Assembly (NCBI GenBank): GCA_963804955.1
Contig: CAWDSQ010000022.1
Coordinates: forward strand, 32,001-96,000
Length of the DNA: 64,000 bases
Direction: 5' to 3'
Source: an uncultured delta proteobacterium
GTDB lineage: Bacteria > Desulfobacterota > WTBG01 > CAIYCZ01 > CAIRTM01
Shown here: piece by piece, positions 43,837-53,962 of the stretch
Layout: every line of letters begins with the position of its first letter
Numbering within the stretch: the first letter of the stretch is position 1
Notes under the pieces: generated by a model
What the model was told of the DNA's origin: nothing
What the model saw: only the letters and a program-made list of their open reading frames with translations
Database searches by the model: none
Made by a program: the position numbers and the translations under genes

Positions 43837-44391
43837 ATGAAATATTCGCATCTTGGTCTTGCTTGTATGCTGGCACTGCTGATAGCGGCTCAGCCGGTTT
43901 TTGCTCAGGAACAATCGGGGAAGGAAAAGTACGAGGCAAGGCTTAAAAGCCTGTCAGAGCAATTTTTTGCCGCTCAAAAAGCGGGCAAGACCATCAAGGG
44001 CGTGATGGTTGAGGGCAACTCGCTGTTCAACGGCACAACGGAGCCGCAGAACAAGCCGTATGGCCAGCCCTATACCGATGCCGAGCGGAAAGTAGCCCTG
44101 AGAAGCGCCGAGCGCAACAGCAAGGTGTTCCTGCTGGCGAAGGACGGAACGCTCTATTACCCGACAGTGAAGAAGGGGGAGGCGGAATCGGAAAGCATGG
44201 GGGCATACCGCTTTGACCGGGTAATTACGGAGGAGCAGAAGAAGAAAAAAACACTTCCCTGGTGCACCCTCGTGCCCATGGTGGGAAGGGAGATAGAAGT
44301 GCTCGGCGAGGTCTATCCCGGCTGCGGCGGGGTCAAGGGGCTGTATATCGAGGCCCTTTGGTTTGAAGGGGACTATATTCCCGGTAAATAA
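43837..44391 (+). CDS. Secreted hypothetical protein
   Basis: Sec signal (…QPVFA|QE), GAGGAG RBS, 184 aa. Confidence 0.7.
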   Translation: MKYSHLGLACMLALLIAAQPVFAQEQSGKEKYEARLKSLSEQFFAAQKAGKTIKGVMVEGNSLFNGTTEPQNKPYGQPYTDAERKVALRSAERNSKVFLLAKDGTLYYPTVKKGEAESESMGAYRFDRVITEEQKKKKTLPWCTLVPMVGREIEVLGEVYPGCGGVKGLYIEALWFEGDYIPGK

Positions 44392-44430
44392 TTAACGGGC
44401 AAATAACCGTTCACAGGCAAGGGGATCCGC

Positions 44431-44709
44431 GTGAAGAAGGCAACAGGCAGTATTGAAAAAAAGTACGGCATCAGGGCTGCGGTGTGCGCTGCGGCAGGCG
44501 CAGGCCCTGCCTGGCGTGAGCAAAAGCCGGTCTGGAACAGGACGAGTTGCTTTAAATGCGCCGTCTGCTACCTGAGTTGTCCTGACGCGGCCATCATGCA
44601 GGTTGATGACGGGTTCTATGACATGAAGCAGGATTTTTGCAAGGGCTGCGGCATCTGTAGCCGCGAATGCCCGAACGATGCGATAACCATGACCCCGGAC
44701 GTGAAATAA
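44431..44709 (+). CDS. PorD-like 2[4Fe-4S] subunit (2-oxoacid:ferredoxin oxidoreductase delta type)
   Basis: WREQKPVW, CFKCAVCYLSCPD, CKGCGICSRECP. Confidence 0.85.
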   Translation: MKKATGSIEKKYGIRAAVCAAAGAGPAWREQKPVWNRTSCFKCAVCYLSCPDAAIMQVDDGFYDMKQDFCKGCGICSRECPNDAITMTPDVK

Positions 44710-44720
44710 CGAGTAAGCGC

Positions 44721-45584
44721 ATGGGAAAGGTAATGCAAACAATGGATCGTTTTTCAGTATTTGCGCCCAGGCTGCTGCCTGCGGCCGAGCCCTTTGTTGC
44801 AGCCATACGCTCATGTCCCGGCTGCGGACAGGCCCTGGCTGTGAGAATCATCGGCAAAGCCCTGGCTGATCATGGCCGGTATCCGTATGGCGGCGCCGAG
44901 CCCGCTGTCAAGGCCGGGGCTTTTCCCTATGCCGGCTGGCAAGCCTTCCCGCCGCGAAAAATGCAGCCCGCAGAGACACAAAGCGACCCGGCGCAGATAC
45001 TGGCAGTTGCAGGCGAGACAGGGGCTTTCGAGGACATGTTTTCCCTGCTCCAGGATGCAGCGCGCTCTGGCGGCAGGCTTTTTGTCATATGTTTTTTTAA
45101 CGAGGCGGGCATTGAGCGGCATGCAAGCCTGCCGGCGCCGAAGTACCGTAATGAAAGCATTAAAAGCTTTCATGAGCGGCTTGCCGGCATGTACAGGATT
45201 CTTGACAGGGTCAGCGCGTCGCAGCCCGACTTTATGGCGACAGCCTGCGCTTCCTACCCCTTTGACCTGATCGAAAAGGTGCACGGGGCTCTGGCAAGCA
45301 GGATAAGTTTCCTGGCAGTTCTGGCGACCTGCCCCACGGGCTGCCTCTATGATCCGTCACTCGCGCTGCGCTCGGGAAGGCTGGCTGTGCAGACAGGCTT
45401 TTTTCCGCTGTTTCAGAGAGCAGGCGGCAAGACGGTCATCACCGTAGAACCCCGTCCGCAGGCCGAGGTATCGGCGTACCTGGCCATGCAGCCGGCCTAC
45501 AGCGTCAGTCGCCGAAGAAACAGCCCGGGTGCAAAGCATGGTGAACAAGACTTTGAAAAAATTAAGACAGGCAATGGCTCGTGA
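44721..45584 (+). CDS. Divergent PorB-like (beta subunit) protein; 3' end uncertain
   Basis: SCPGCG, YPFDLIEKV, TCPTG, AVQTGFFPLF are retained. The TPP motif GDG reads GETG. Confidence 0.7.
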   Translation: MGKVMQTMDRFSVFAPRLLPAAEPFVAAIRSCPGCGQALAVRIIGKALADHGRYPYGGAEPAVKAGAFPYAGWQAFPPRKMQPAETQSDPAQILAVAGETGAFEDMFSLLQDAARSGGRLFVICFFNEAGIERHASLPAPKYRNESIKSFHERLAGMYRILDRVSASQPDFMATACASYPFDLIEKVHGALASRISFLAVLATCPTGCLYDPSLALRSGRLAVQTGFFPLFQRAGGKTVITVEPRPQAEVSAYLAMQPAYSVSRRRNSPGAKHGEQDFEKIKTGNGS

Positions 45585-46083
45585 GTGTGCGGGCAGGATA
45601 TATCTTCGACGGAGACCGCTGTGGAAGCAGAAGATAAAAAAGTTTTTGACCGGTATATCAAAAAACACGGCTCAGGCCGCACTGCTGTTATCGGTATTTT
45701 GCAGGACATCCAGCGCCGCCAGGGCTATGTGTCGCAGGAAGCAGCCCGGTACGTGAGCAGCAGCCTCGGCATACCCGTCCAGCCAGGTTTTTTCGGTTCT
45801 CACCTTTTACGGCGCGTTCAGCCTGACGCCGCAGGGCCGCAACCAGGTCCATGTGTGCCAGGGCACGGCATGTCACATCCGGGGCGGCGGGAAGGTGTCT
45901 GAACATATTGAGCGCACGCTGAAGATCCAGCCCGGCGACACGACGCGGGACGGTACATTCAGCCTGCACCGGGTTCGCTGCCTTGGCTGCTGCGCCCTGG
46001 CGCCGGTAGTTAAAGTCAACAGCGATATCTATGCCAATGTTTCACAGAATCAGCTTTCATCAATTCTGGAGCTTTATAAATGA
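45585..46083 (+). CDS. NuoE/HydC-like [2Fe-2S] subunit, module 1 (frameshift)
   Basis: ILQDIQ..QGYV, VCQGTACHIRG, VRCLGCCALAPV. Confidence 0.88.
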
Positions 46084-47993
46084 TGGTGCGGACAAAAAGT
46101 GACCTTGTGAAGCTGAGAAAAACCGGCGAGCAATTGCTGTTCCCGCCTGTGCTGAGAATTACCGTGGGCCAGGCAACCTGCGGTATTGCCAGGGGCGCTG
46201 ACAAAGTATTCGCGGCCATCAAGAAGGAGCTTAAGAAGCAGAAGCTCGAGGCCGTGCTTGAGTCCGTGGGGTGCGGGGGCTGGTGCAGCAGGGAGCCCAT
46301 CGTTACCTTCCAGGTGCCGGGTCTTGCGAAGCTCACCCTTGGCGAAGTAACGGCCAGTGGATGTTCCCGACTTGATGCGGCAGATAAAGGCAGACTGATT
46401 CCCGCCGGCAAAGTGCTTTACCGCACCGATGCCGAGGAAAATATCATTGACGGCAGCACCAGAAATTATGGAACCGGCAAAGGCCGGGCATCTGCGGCAC
46501 TGGTCCCCGCGGCTGTCGTCCGTCCCGTTTATGAAGAAGCAGAAGCGCCTTGTGCTGCGCAACTGCGGTATTGTCGATCCCGGCAGTTTCGAGCAGTACT
46601 GCGGCCGGGGCGGGTTAAGCGCAGCCTATGCGGCGCTTGGCTCGCATGAAGCCCGACCAGGTGATCAGTGAGGTGATTCGATCCGGCCTCAGGGGCCGGG
46701 GTGGCGCGGGATTTCCAACGGGCGAGAAATGGCGGATTGCACGGCAGGCTCCGGGTAAAAAGAAGTATATAGTATGCAATGCCGACGAGGGCGACCCCGG
46801 CGCATATATGGACAGAAGCATTCTTGAAGGCGACCCCTTCAGCGTGCTTGAAGGTATGCTGATTGCCGCCTATGCAATCGGCGCATCGGAAGGGTTTGTG
46901 TATGTGCGCGATGAATATCCGCTTGCCGTGGAGCAGATGACCCGGGCTATCAGCACGGCCAGGAAACGGGGCATGCTCGGCAGGAATATTTTCGGCTCGG
47001 GCTTTAGCTTTTACGGTTCATGTGGAGCGCGGCGCAGGAGCATTTGTGTGCGGCGAAGAGACGGCTTTGATCGCTTCTCTTGAAGGACGCGCAGGCGAGC
47101 CGGAGCCCGGCCGCCTTATCCGGCGCAGCAGGGGCTGTGGGGCATGCCCACCTGCATTAATAATGTTGAAACCCTTGCAAATATTCCGGTCATTATCTGC
47201 CGCGGCGGCACGTGGTTTGCCCGCATGGGGACGGGGAAAAGCAGAGGCACAAAGATTTTCTCCCTTGTCGGTGCGGTTGAAAACGTGGGGCTTATTGAAG
47301 TGCCCATGGGCACGCGGCTTCGGGATATCATCTACGGGCTTAGGCGGGGGCGTCGGCCGGGGCAGGAAATTCAAGGCTGTCCAGACCGGAGGGCCGTCGG
47401 GCGGCTGTATCCCGGCACGGCTTCTTGACCTTCCCGTTGATTATGAAAGCCTGGCGGCGCCGGCTCTATCATGGGATCAGGGGGCATGATCGTCATGGAT
47501 GACAGGACCTGCATGGTCGACGTGGCAAAGTACTTCATGGCCTTTCTCAAAGACGAATCCTGCGGAAAATGCCTGCCCTGCAGGGAGGGAACGCGGGCCG
47601 TACATGAAATTCTTGAAAAAATAACAAGCGGCGCGGGGAAAATGGCAGGATATCGACCGGCTGAAGGATGTGTGTGAGGCAATGTCGGCGGCATCCCTGT
47701 GCGCTCTGGGAAGGACTGCGGCGCATCCGGTGCTGAGCACCCTGAAACATTTCAGACATGAGTATGAAGCCCACATAAAGAAACGCCGCTGTCCGGCAGG
47801 GGTTTGTACGAGCCTTATCAGGTTTGCCATAAGCACGAAAAAATGCATAGGGTGCGGCGCGTGCAAAAAAGCCTGTCCGGCGGGAGCTGTTTCGGGAAAA
47901 CCGAAGAAAGCCCATAGCATTCTACTATCAAAATGTATTGCCTGCAGGGCCTGCTTTGAAGCCTGCCCTGTTGAAGCAATTGAAATAAGGTGA
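46080..47993 (+). CDS. NuoF/HydB-like FMN/NADH-binding subunit, module 1, with C-terminal 2[4Fe-4S] domain (several frameshifts)
   Basis: [76 protein letters not shown] and [12 protein letters not shown]. Confidence 0.9.
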
Positions 47994-47999
47994 ACCAGC

Positions 48000-48749
48000 A
48001 TGACGCACACTGAGATTATTCTTAACGGTAAAAAGGCAAAGATCAAACCCGGTGAAACCATCCTGAGTGTTGCGCGGCGGGAGGGCATACGCATTCCGAC
48101 CCTGTGCTCGCATGAAGCCCTTGCCCCCTACGGAGCATGCAGGCTGTGTATTGTCGAGGTTGAAACTGCCGGTAAAAAACAGATTCTCACCTCATGCACC
48201 ACGCTCGCACAGGCCGGCATGAAGGTGAAAACCCATACGGCACGAATTCAAAAGATCAGAGCGACCCTTGCAGGCCTGCTTCTTTCCCGCTCTCCTGAAG
48301 CGCCCGTTGTGCAGCAGCTTGCCCGCGATCTCGGTGTGAAGAAAGCGCCGTTTGTCCGGGAAAATGATCTGTGCATCATGTGCGGGCTGTGTGTGCGGAC
48401 ATGCCGTGAAGTTGTCGGCGCTGCGGCGCTGGGATTTACCCATAAGGGCTCAGAGCGCCAGGTCAGCGTGCCCTTTTACCGGGATTCACAGGAGTGCATC
48501 GGCTGCGGAACATGCGTTTTTGTCTGCCCCACCGGCGCTGTCAGGATGCTCGACGCAGAGAGCGACGATCACAAACCGGTGCGCATTATGGAAAACTGGG
48601 AAACGAAGCTACCGTTGCAGCAGTGCGCAGCCGATGGCCTGCCGTTTGCGCCAAAGCGCATGCTCGAGCATTTTGCCGAGCACTACCCGGTGCCAGAAGG
48701 GTTTCAAGACCAGTGCCCCGAGTGCCGGCGGGAAAATAAAAAAACGTAA
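48000..48749 (+). CDS. NuoG-N-terminus-like Fe-S protein, module 1 (no catalytic domain)
   Basis: IPTLC...GACRLC...TSC [2Fe-2S], CIMCGLCVRTC, CIGCGTCVFVCP. Ends at 249 aa. Confidence 0.88.
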   Translation: MTHTEIILNGKKAKIKPGETILSVARREGIRIPTLCSHEALAPYGACRLCIVEVETAGKKQILTSCTTLAQAGMKVKTHTARIQKIRATLAGLLLSRSPEAPVVQQLARDLGVKKAPFVRENDLCIMCGLCVRTCREVVGAAALGFTHKGSERQVSVPFYRDSQECIGCGTCVFVCPTGAVRMLDAESDDHKPVRIMENWETKLPLQQCAADGLPFAPKRMLEHFAEHYPVPEGFQDQCPECRRENKKT

Positions 48750-48893
48750 GTCGCCCGGCGGCAAAGCGCACCGGGCACGTGATGTTAAGGTGTGATGCAG
48801 CTGTGAGATTTTATTTTTTTGAATAGAGCAGGATTCTTGCGCGCAGCATGAAACAGCGCACAAAACTGAAATTTAGATGACAGGGAGGCATGT

Positions 48894-50382
48894 ATGGCAG
48901 GAGCAGTAGGTACGGTGAAAGATCTTGCAGGAAAAGTTGCGGACATTGTCGGAAGCGCCAGGGTTTTCACGGACGGGAATATGCTGTCCAGATTTGGACA
49001 GGACACAAGCCACGGCCCTGTAAAAAAGCCTGATCTGGTTGTTCAGGTTCTCACAACTGCCGAAGTTCAGGCAATCGTGAAACTTGCAAATGAATATAAA
49101 ATACCCGTAACCCCGCGGAGCTCAGGGGTTGGGATTTTATGGTGCCGGTATTCCTGAACAGGGCGGTATCGTTATTGATATGAGCCCCATGAATAAAGTT
49201 ACCCGCATAGATAAACAAAACAGGTGGGCTCTGTTTGAGGCAGGTGTTACCTACGGTGAATTGCAGGCAGAGCTTGCAAAGCAGGGCCTGACGGCAATGC
49301 TGCCCTTTGTGCCGCACAAGGACAAATCAGTCATAACAAGCCTGCTTGAGCGTGAGCCGAGAGTTACGCCGAAACACCATCTTGATGAAACCATCATGAC
49401 CATGGAAATGGTCATGCCCACAGGTGAACTTTTTCATACGGGTTCAATGGCGGTTTCCCCTGCCTCACCCGAGACCATTCCCGACGCGGTCCCCACGGAT
49501 TTGTGCAACTCCATGGGCCCGGGCCTTGACTGGTTCAGACTCATCCCCGGAAGCCTCGGCACCTTCGCGATTGTCACGGTGATGAATGTCAAGATAGGAT
49601 TGCTCCCCCATAAGCAGAAGATGCTTTTTTTCGGTTTTAAAAATATTCAGGAATGCGTTGAGCCCTTTTATCATATGCTGAGAAAGCTGATCGGCGATGA
49701 ATGCTTTCTGCTTAACAGCAGGTATATGGCAGCGCTCCTGGCGGAAACGCCCGAGGATATCGACCGGTTACAGGCCGTGCTGCCGGCCTATACGATCATG
49801 CTGAATCTGACCGCAGGCGAATGGTACACCGAGGAGAAGATGTCCTATCAGGAGAAGGCAGTTCACGATATGGCGCGGACATATCTGCTGAAACCGATGG
49901 AAACCCTGCCTAATGTTCCTGATGCGGAAAAAATTCTGGCAGGCTACCTGCGCAAGCCGTGGGAAAAAGAGGGGCACTGGAAATGGCAGGGAAAAGGCGC
50001 GTCAAAAGAGGTTTTCTTTTTAACAACCCTGCAGCGGGCGCCCGAGTTTTTGCAGATCATTCAGAATGCTGCCGTGGCAAACGGCTACCCGCTTTCCGCC
50101 ATGGGGCTGTATCTCCAGCCGAAACAGAATGGCCGGGCATTTCATATGGAGGTAAGCTTCCCGTATAATCCTGATGACCCTGCCGAGGTCACATGTGCTG
50201 AGGCCGTGTATCAGCAGGTGAGCGAAGCCCTGGTCGCTGCAGGCGCATTTTTTTACCGCGTCTACGGGCCGTGGGCAGAGCTTGTCTATTCGCGCACGGG
50301 CAACCTGCACCAGACCCTGAAGCGGATCAAAGGCGTTCTTGACCCCAACAATGTTCTGAATCCGGGGAAATTAGGATTTTAA
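48894..50382 (+). CDS. FAD-binding oxidoreductase (VAO/PCMH, GlcD-like) A (frameshift near 49130)
   Basis: KPDLVV...EVQAIVKLAN...VTPRSSG, GIVIDMSPMN, EAGVT, GSLGTFAIVT, LDPNNVLNPGK. Confidence 0.88.
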
Positions 50383-50436
50383 TAGAATTGTAAGCATTCG
50401 TTTGCTGTGAACTTTAAGCAGAGTGAAAGGGAAAAT

Positions 50437-51736
50437 ATGGCACTTGAAAAAATAGAATATGATGCAGCGCATTGTCAAAGATGTTCAACCTGCAAATGGT
50501 CGCACCTGTGGGAGGTAAAGAGCCACAGGTTTGCAAGAAACTGCCCGTCGCTTGTGTACGGGAAGTTCGACTCCTATGCAGCGCAGGGCAAAAACGACAT
50601 TGTTACCGGACTATTGAAAGGTGAGCTCACCTGGGAAGCCAATAAAGACAAACTGCTTGAAATCATATATCGCTGCCCTGTTTGCGCGGCCTGTGATGTG
50701 AGCTGCAAGCGGGTCATGGACCTTGATATCATCGGCGTACTTGATGCCCTGCGGGAAGAGGCCTGTGAAAAGGGCTACGGGCCGCTGCCTGCCCACAAGG
50801 AGTTCATCCAGAGCATTATGAACTATGACAATGTGTGGAAGCAGCCGCGAACGCGGCGGGCCAACTGGGCAAAGAAGCTTGATATTAAAGATTTGTCCAA
50901 GGCGGGCGAAACGGCAGAGGTGCTCTACTATGTGGGCTGCACCTATGCCTATAAGCCGGGCATGGAGTCGGTTCCCATAAACACCGCAAAAATTCTCAAA
51001 AAAGCAGGGGTTGATTTCGGCATACTGGGCGCCAAGGAGGTCTGCTGCGGCGGTATTGCCGATAATGTGGGAGACAAGAAGAGCTTTGAGGAAATTGCAC
51101 AGAAAAACCTGGATATGTTCAAGGCAACAGGAGCTAAGACCATTGTTACCAACTGCCCCGGCTGCTTTATGGCATTTTCCGAGAAGTATGCAAAGCTGCA
51201 GAAGATAGACACAAAGGACCTGCCTTACAGGGTTATGCATTCAACGCAGTATATTGATGAGCTGATTCAGCAAGGCAAAATCAAGTTCAAAAAGCCCCTT
51301 GATATGCAGGTCACCTGGCATGATCCCTGCCATCTCGGAAGGCGCGGCGAGCCCTATACGCACTGGGAAGGCAAGCGCATTGCAGTACGGCCTGACCGAT
51401 CCGCCCCGGGTGATGAACAGGGGGGTGGATGGCGTCTATGAAGCTCCTCGCAATATACTCAAGGCGATTCCGGGCCTGAAGCTTGTCGAGATGGAGCGGA
51501 TCAGGGAATATTCATGGTGCTGCGGCAGCGGCGGCGGAGCAAAATCAGCCTATCCGGATTTTGCTCTGGCAACGGCAAAAGAGCGGATCGAAGAAGCTGA
51601 AGCCACCGGTGCAGGCACCATTGTGACCTCCTGCCCCTGGTGCGAGTCGAACCTGTCCGACGGCATTGACGCTGCGGGATCAAAGCTGAAGATTGACGAT
51701 GTTCTCAACCTTGTGATGAAGGCTTTGGAGGCATAG
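50437..51736 (+). CDS. Fe-S / CCG-domain oxidoreductase (GlcF/HdrD-like; frameshift near 51383)
   Basis: CQRCSTC, CPVCAACDVSC, YYVGC, EVCCGG, NCPGC, WHDPCHLGR, WCCGSGGG, SCPWC. Confidence 0.9.
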
Positions 51737-51819
51737 AGCAGCAGCCCGACTGCAGGCCAGCTGAAAGAATGTGCTCAATGAAAAAAGAAAAAATTACGCA
51801 GTTAACATAACAGGAGGAC

Positions 51820-53477
51820 ATGATGGCATTTACAGAAATTGCATATAAGGCTTTACAGCATATTGTCGGTGAAGAAAATGTAACAAACGATCCGGTGATA
51901 TGTCAGGCATATTCACGGGTGCAGTGGCTTCCCTCAGGCGTGATGCAGCGGGAGCGCTGCGGTTTGAACATGCGGCCCGCATGCGTTGTTATGCCGGGCT
52001 CTACGGAAGAGGTGCAGAATATCATACGGACCGCCAACCGCTATGCCTTCCCTTTTGTGCCGCGGGGCTCGGGCTTTACCTTCAGCGCTTTTCCCACGCA
52101 GGCAGGGAACCATCGTCATCGATCCCAAGCGGATGGACAAAATCATCGAGCTCAATGAAAAGGATATGTATGCAGTTATTGAGCCGTATGTTGCTTTTGT
52201 GCAGCTGCAGGCAGAGGCTATGAAGTACGGTCTGTACACGCCCACGCCGCTTGCGGGCAGCCAGGTATCATGCCTTGCAAACTACTCATGGCACGGCGCC
52301 TACGGCAACAGCTGGATTACGGGCATCGGCGCCCAGAACCTTTTGGGCTTTGAGCTTATTCTGCCCAGACGGCGAACTTGTGCGAAGCGGATCAATGGCC
52401 TGCCCGGGCGCCGGAGATTTCTGGAATGACGGGCCCGGACCGGATCTGCGCGGTTTTCTGCGGGGCGGCATGTTCGGCCATGCCGGCGGCATGGGCATGG
52501 TCACCAAAATATCCTGCAAATTATGGCAGTGGGCAGGGCCTGAAGTATTTCCTGCGACAGGCAATGCCAATATGAAATTCTCAAGCACCCTTGGTGAATT
52601 ATGGCGATGGTTCATGATAAAGTTTCCCCACAAATATCCTGAAGAAGAGGAATACGGCCTTAAAAAAGCAGCCGAGCTGTTCTATGAGATGGGCAGGGCT
52701 GAAATCGGCGAGGTGGCAACCCACCTGGCAAAGCAGTTTCTTTTAACCTATGCCTCGATTACCAAGCAGGATATCTGGGACAATATGAAAAACAATGTTT
52801 TTCCCCACGGCTACTGCGTTGTCGGGCTTCACGGAAAGACATCGATGGCCCAGCTTGATTATGAAGAAAGGGTTTTACGGGGCATTGTTGAAAAGGTCGG
52901 CGGTGTTTTCGTCAAAGACGATGAGCCGGCATATCAGGTCTGGATCAAGCGTGCTGCAAATGAATGGATACGCTTTGGCAATGCCCAGCGCTTGTCCCGG
53001 ACCTCGGACTGTTTCAGCATCGGCTCGTCAAATGTCGACTCAATCGATAAGATCGTCTATGAGATCATGGAATCAAATGCCGTTGAGCGGGATGTTCTGG
53101 AAAAAGAAGGGCTGGGGAAGGATTTTGTCCAGCCCCTGAGCATGCACGGCGGATGGATCAGCCCCCAGGAATACGGCTACTGGTGTCTGCACACAACCGA
53201 TGTTTTTCCGGACCAGGATCCGGCACAGTGCAATCAGGCCATTGAGATTATCGGACGGGTGTGCAAGAGCCAGTTTCAGCGGAACTCAGGCGCTGAGGCC
53301 ATTCATGTTCTGGGCCCTGCCTATGACATGTTCGGCCCTGCTCTTGGCAATATCCATCTTATTATGAAGGGCTTTAAACGGGAGTTTGATCCGGGCAATC
53401 TTTCAAATCCCGGCTATGCAACGCGGCCCGATGTCGTTTCTCCCGAAGAGCTTAAAAAGATGATGGGCGGCCACTGA
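51820..53477 (+). CDS. FAD-binding oxidoreductase (VAO/PCMH) B (frameshifts)
   Basis: PACVVMPGSTEEVQ, IVIDPKRMDKI, PDGELVRSGS, GPGPDLRG, GMVTK, FDPGNLSNPG. Confidence 0.88.
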
Positions 53478-53539
53478 TGTTTAGAGTCTTGGGTTTAGAA
53501 TAGGACGATACATCCAAAATATAAAGCAAATCTCTCAAA

Positions 53540-53671
53540 GGCTGTTCAAAAATGCTCAGATGCAAGGCGCGTGAAATCAGGCGGCATGAGGCGTACTTTT
53601 TTGTACGCCGCAGTGAAGCATGATGAGCGCAATCCCGCTCCAGCGGGACAGATGGGCGTTTTTCACCAGCC
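53540..53671. mobile_element. MITE-like 132-bp element with imperfect terminal inverted repeats
   Basis: Left end GGCTGTTCAAAAATGCTCAGATG and right-end reverse complement GGCTGGTGAAAAACGCCCATCTG match at 17/23. Internal hairpins GGCGTAC/GTACGCC and TCCCGCT/AGCGGGA. No transposase. Confidence 0.6.
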
Positions 53672-53707
53672 GGCTTGAGAACAACCGATCAGAGCGGAAA
53701 TAAGCGT

Positions 53708-53962
53708 ATGCAGATTGATGTTGATAAATGCGTAGGATGCGGCGGATGCGTGAATCTCTGCCCGCAGGCGGCAATCTATTTTTCCGATAACAAGGCGGTC
53801 ATTGACCAGTTCAACTGCACGGAGTGCCGCACCTGCGTTTTTGTATGCGGCATGGGAGCTCCGGGGGTCAGCTGCCGGTTTCCGCTGATGATCATGTTTA
53901 CCGGGGCGGCAGGCTGCGCCGGCGGAACAAAAACTCCTCAAATGCGCCGGAGATGTGCATGA
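53708..53962 (+). CDS. 2[4Fe-4S] ferredoxin (true stop may be earlier)
   Basis: MQIDVDKCVGCGGCVNLCP...CTECRTCVFVC. Confidence 0.8.
   Translation: MQIDVDKCVGCGGCVNLCPQAAIYFSDNKAVIDQFNCTECRTCVFVCGMGAPGVSCRFPLMIMFTGAAGCAGGTKTPQMRRRCA

Noticed and set aside
45585..48749. Respiratory complex I or [FeFe]-hydrogenase
   Set aside because: No nuoA-D/H-N genes and no H-cluster motifs. Only the soluble EFG-like Fe-S/FMN parts are present.
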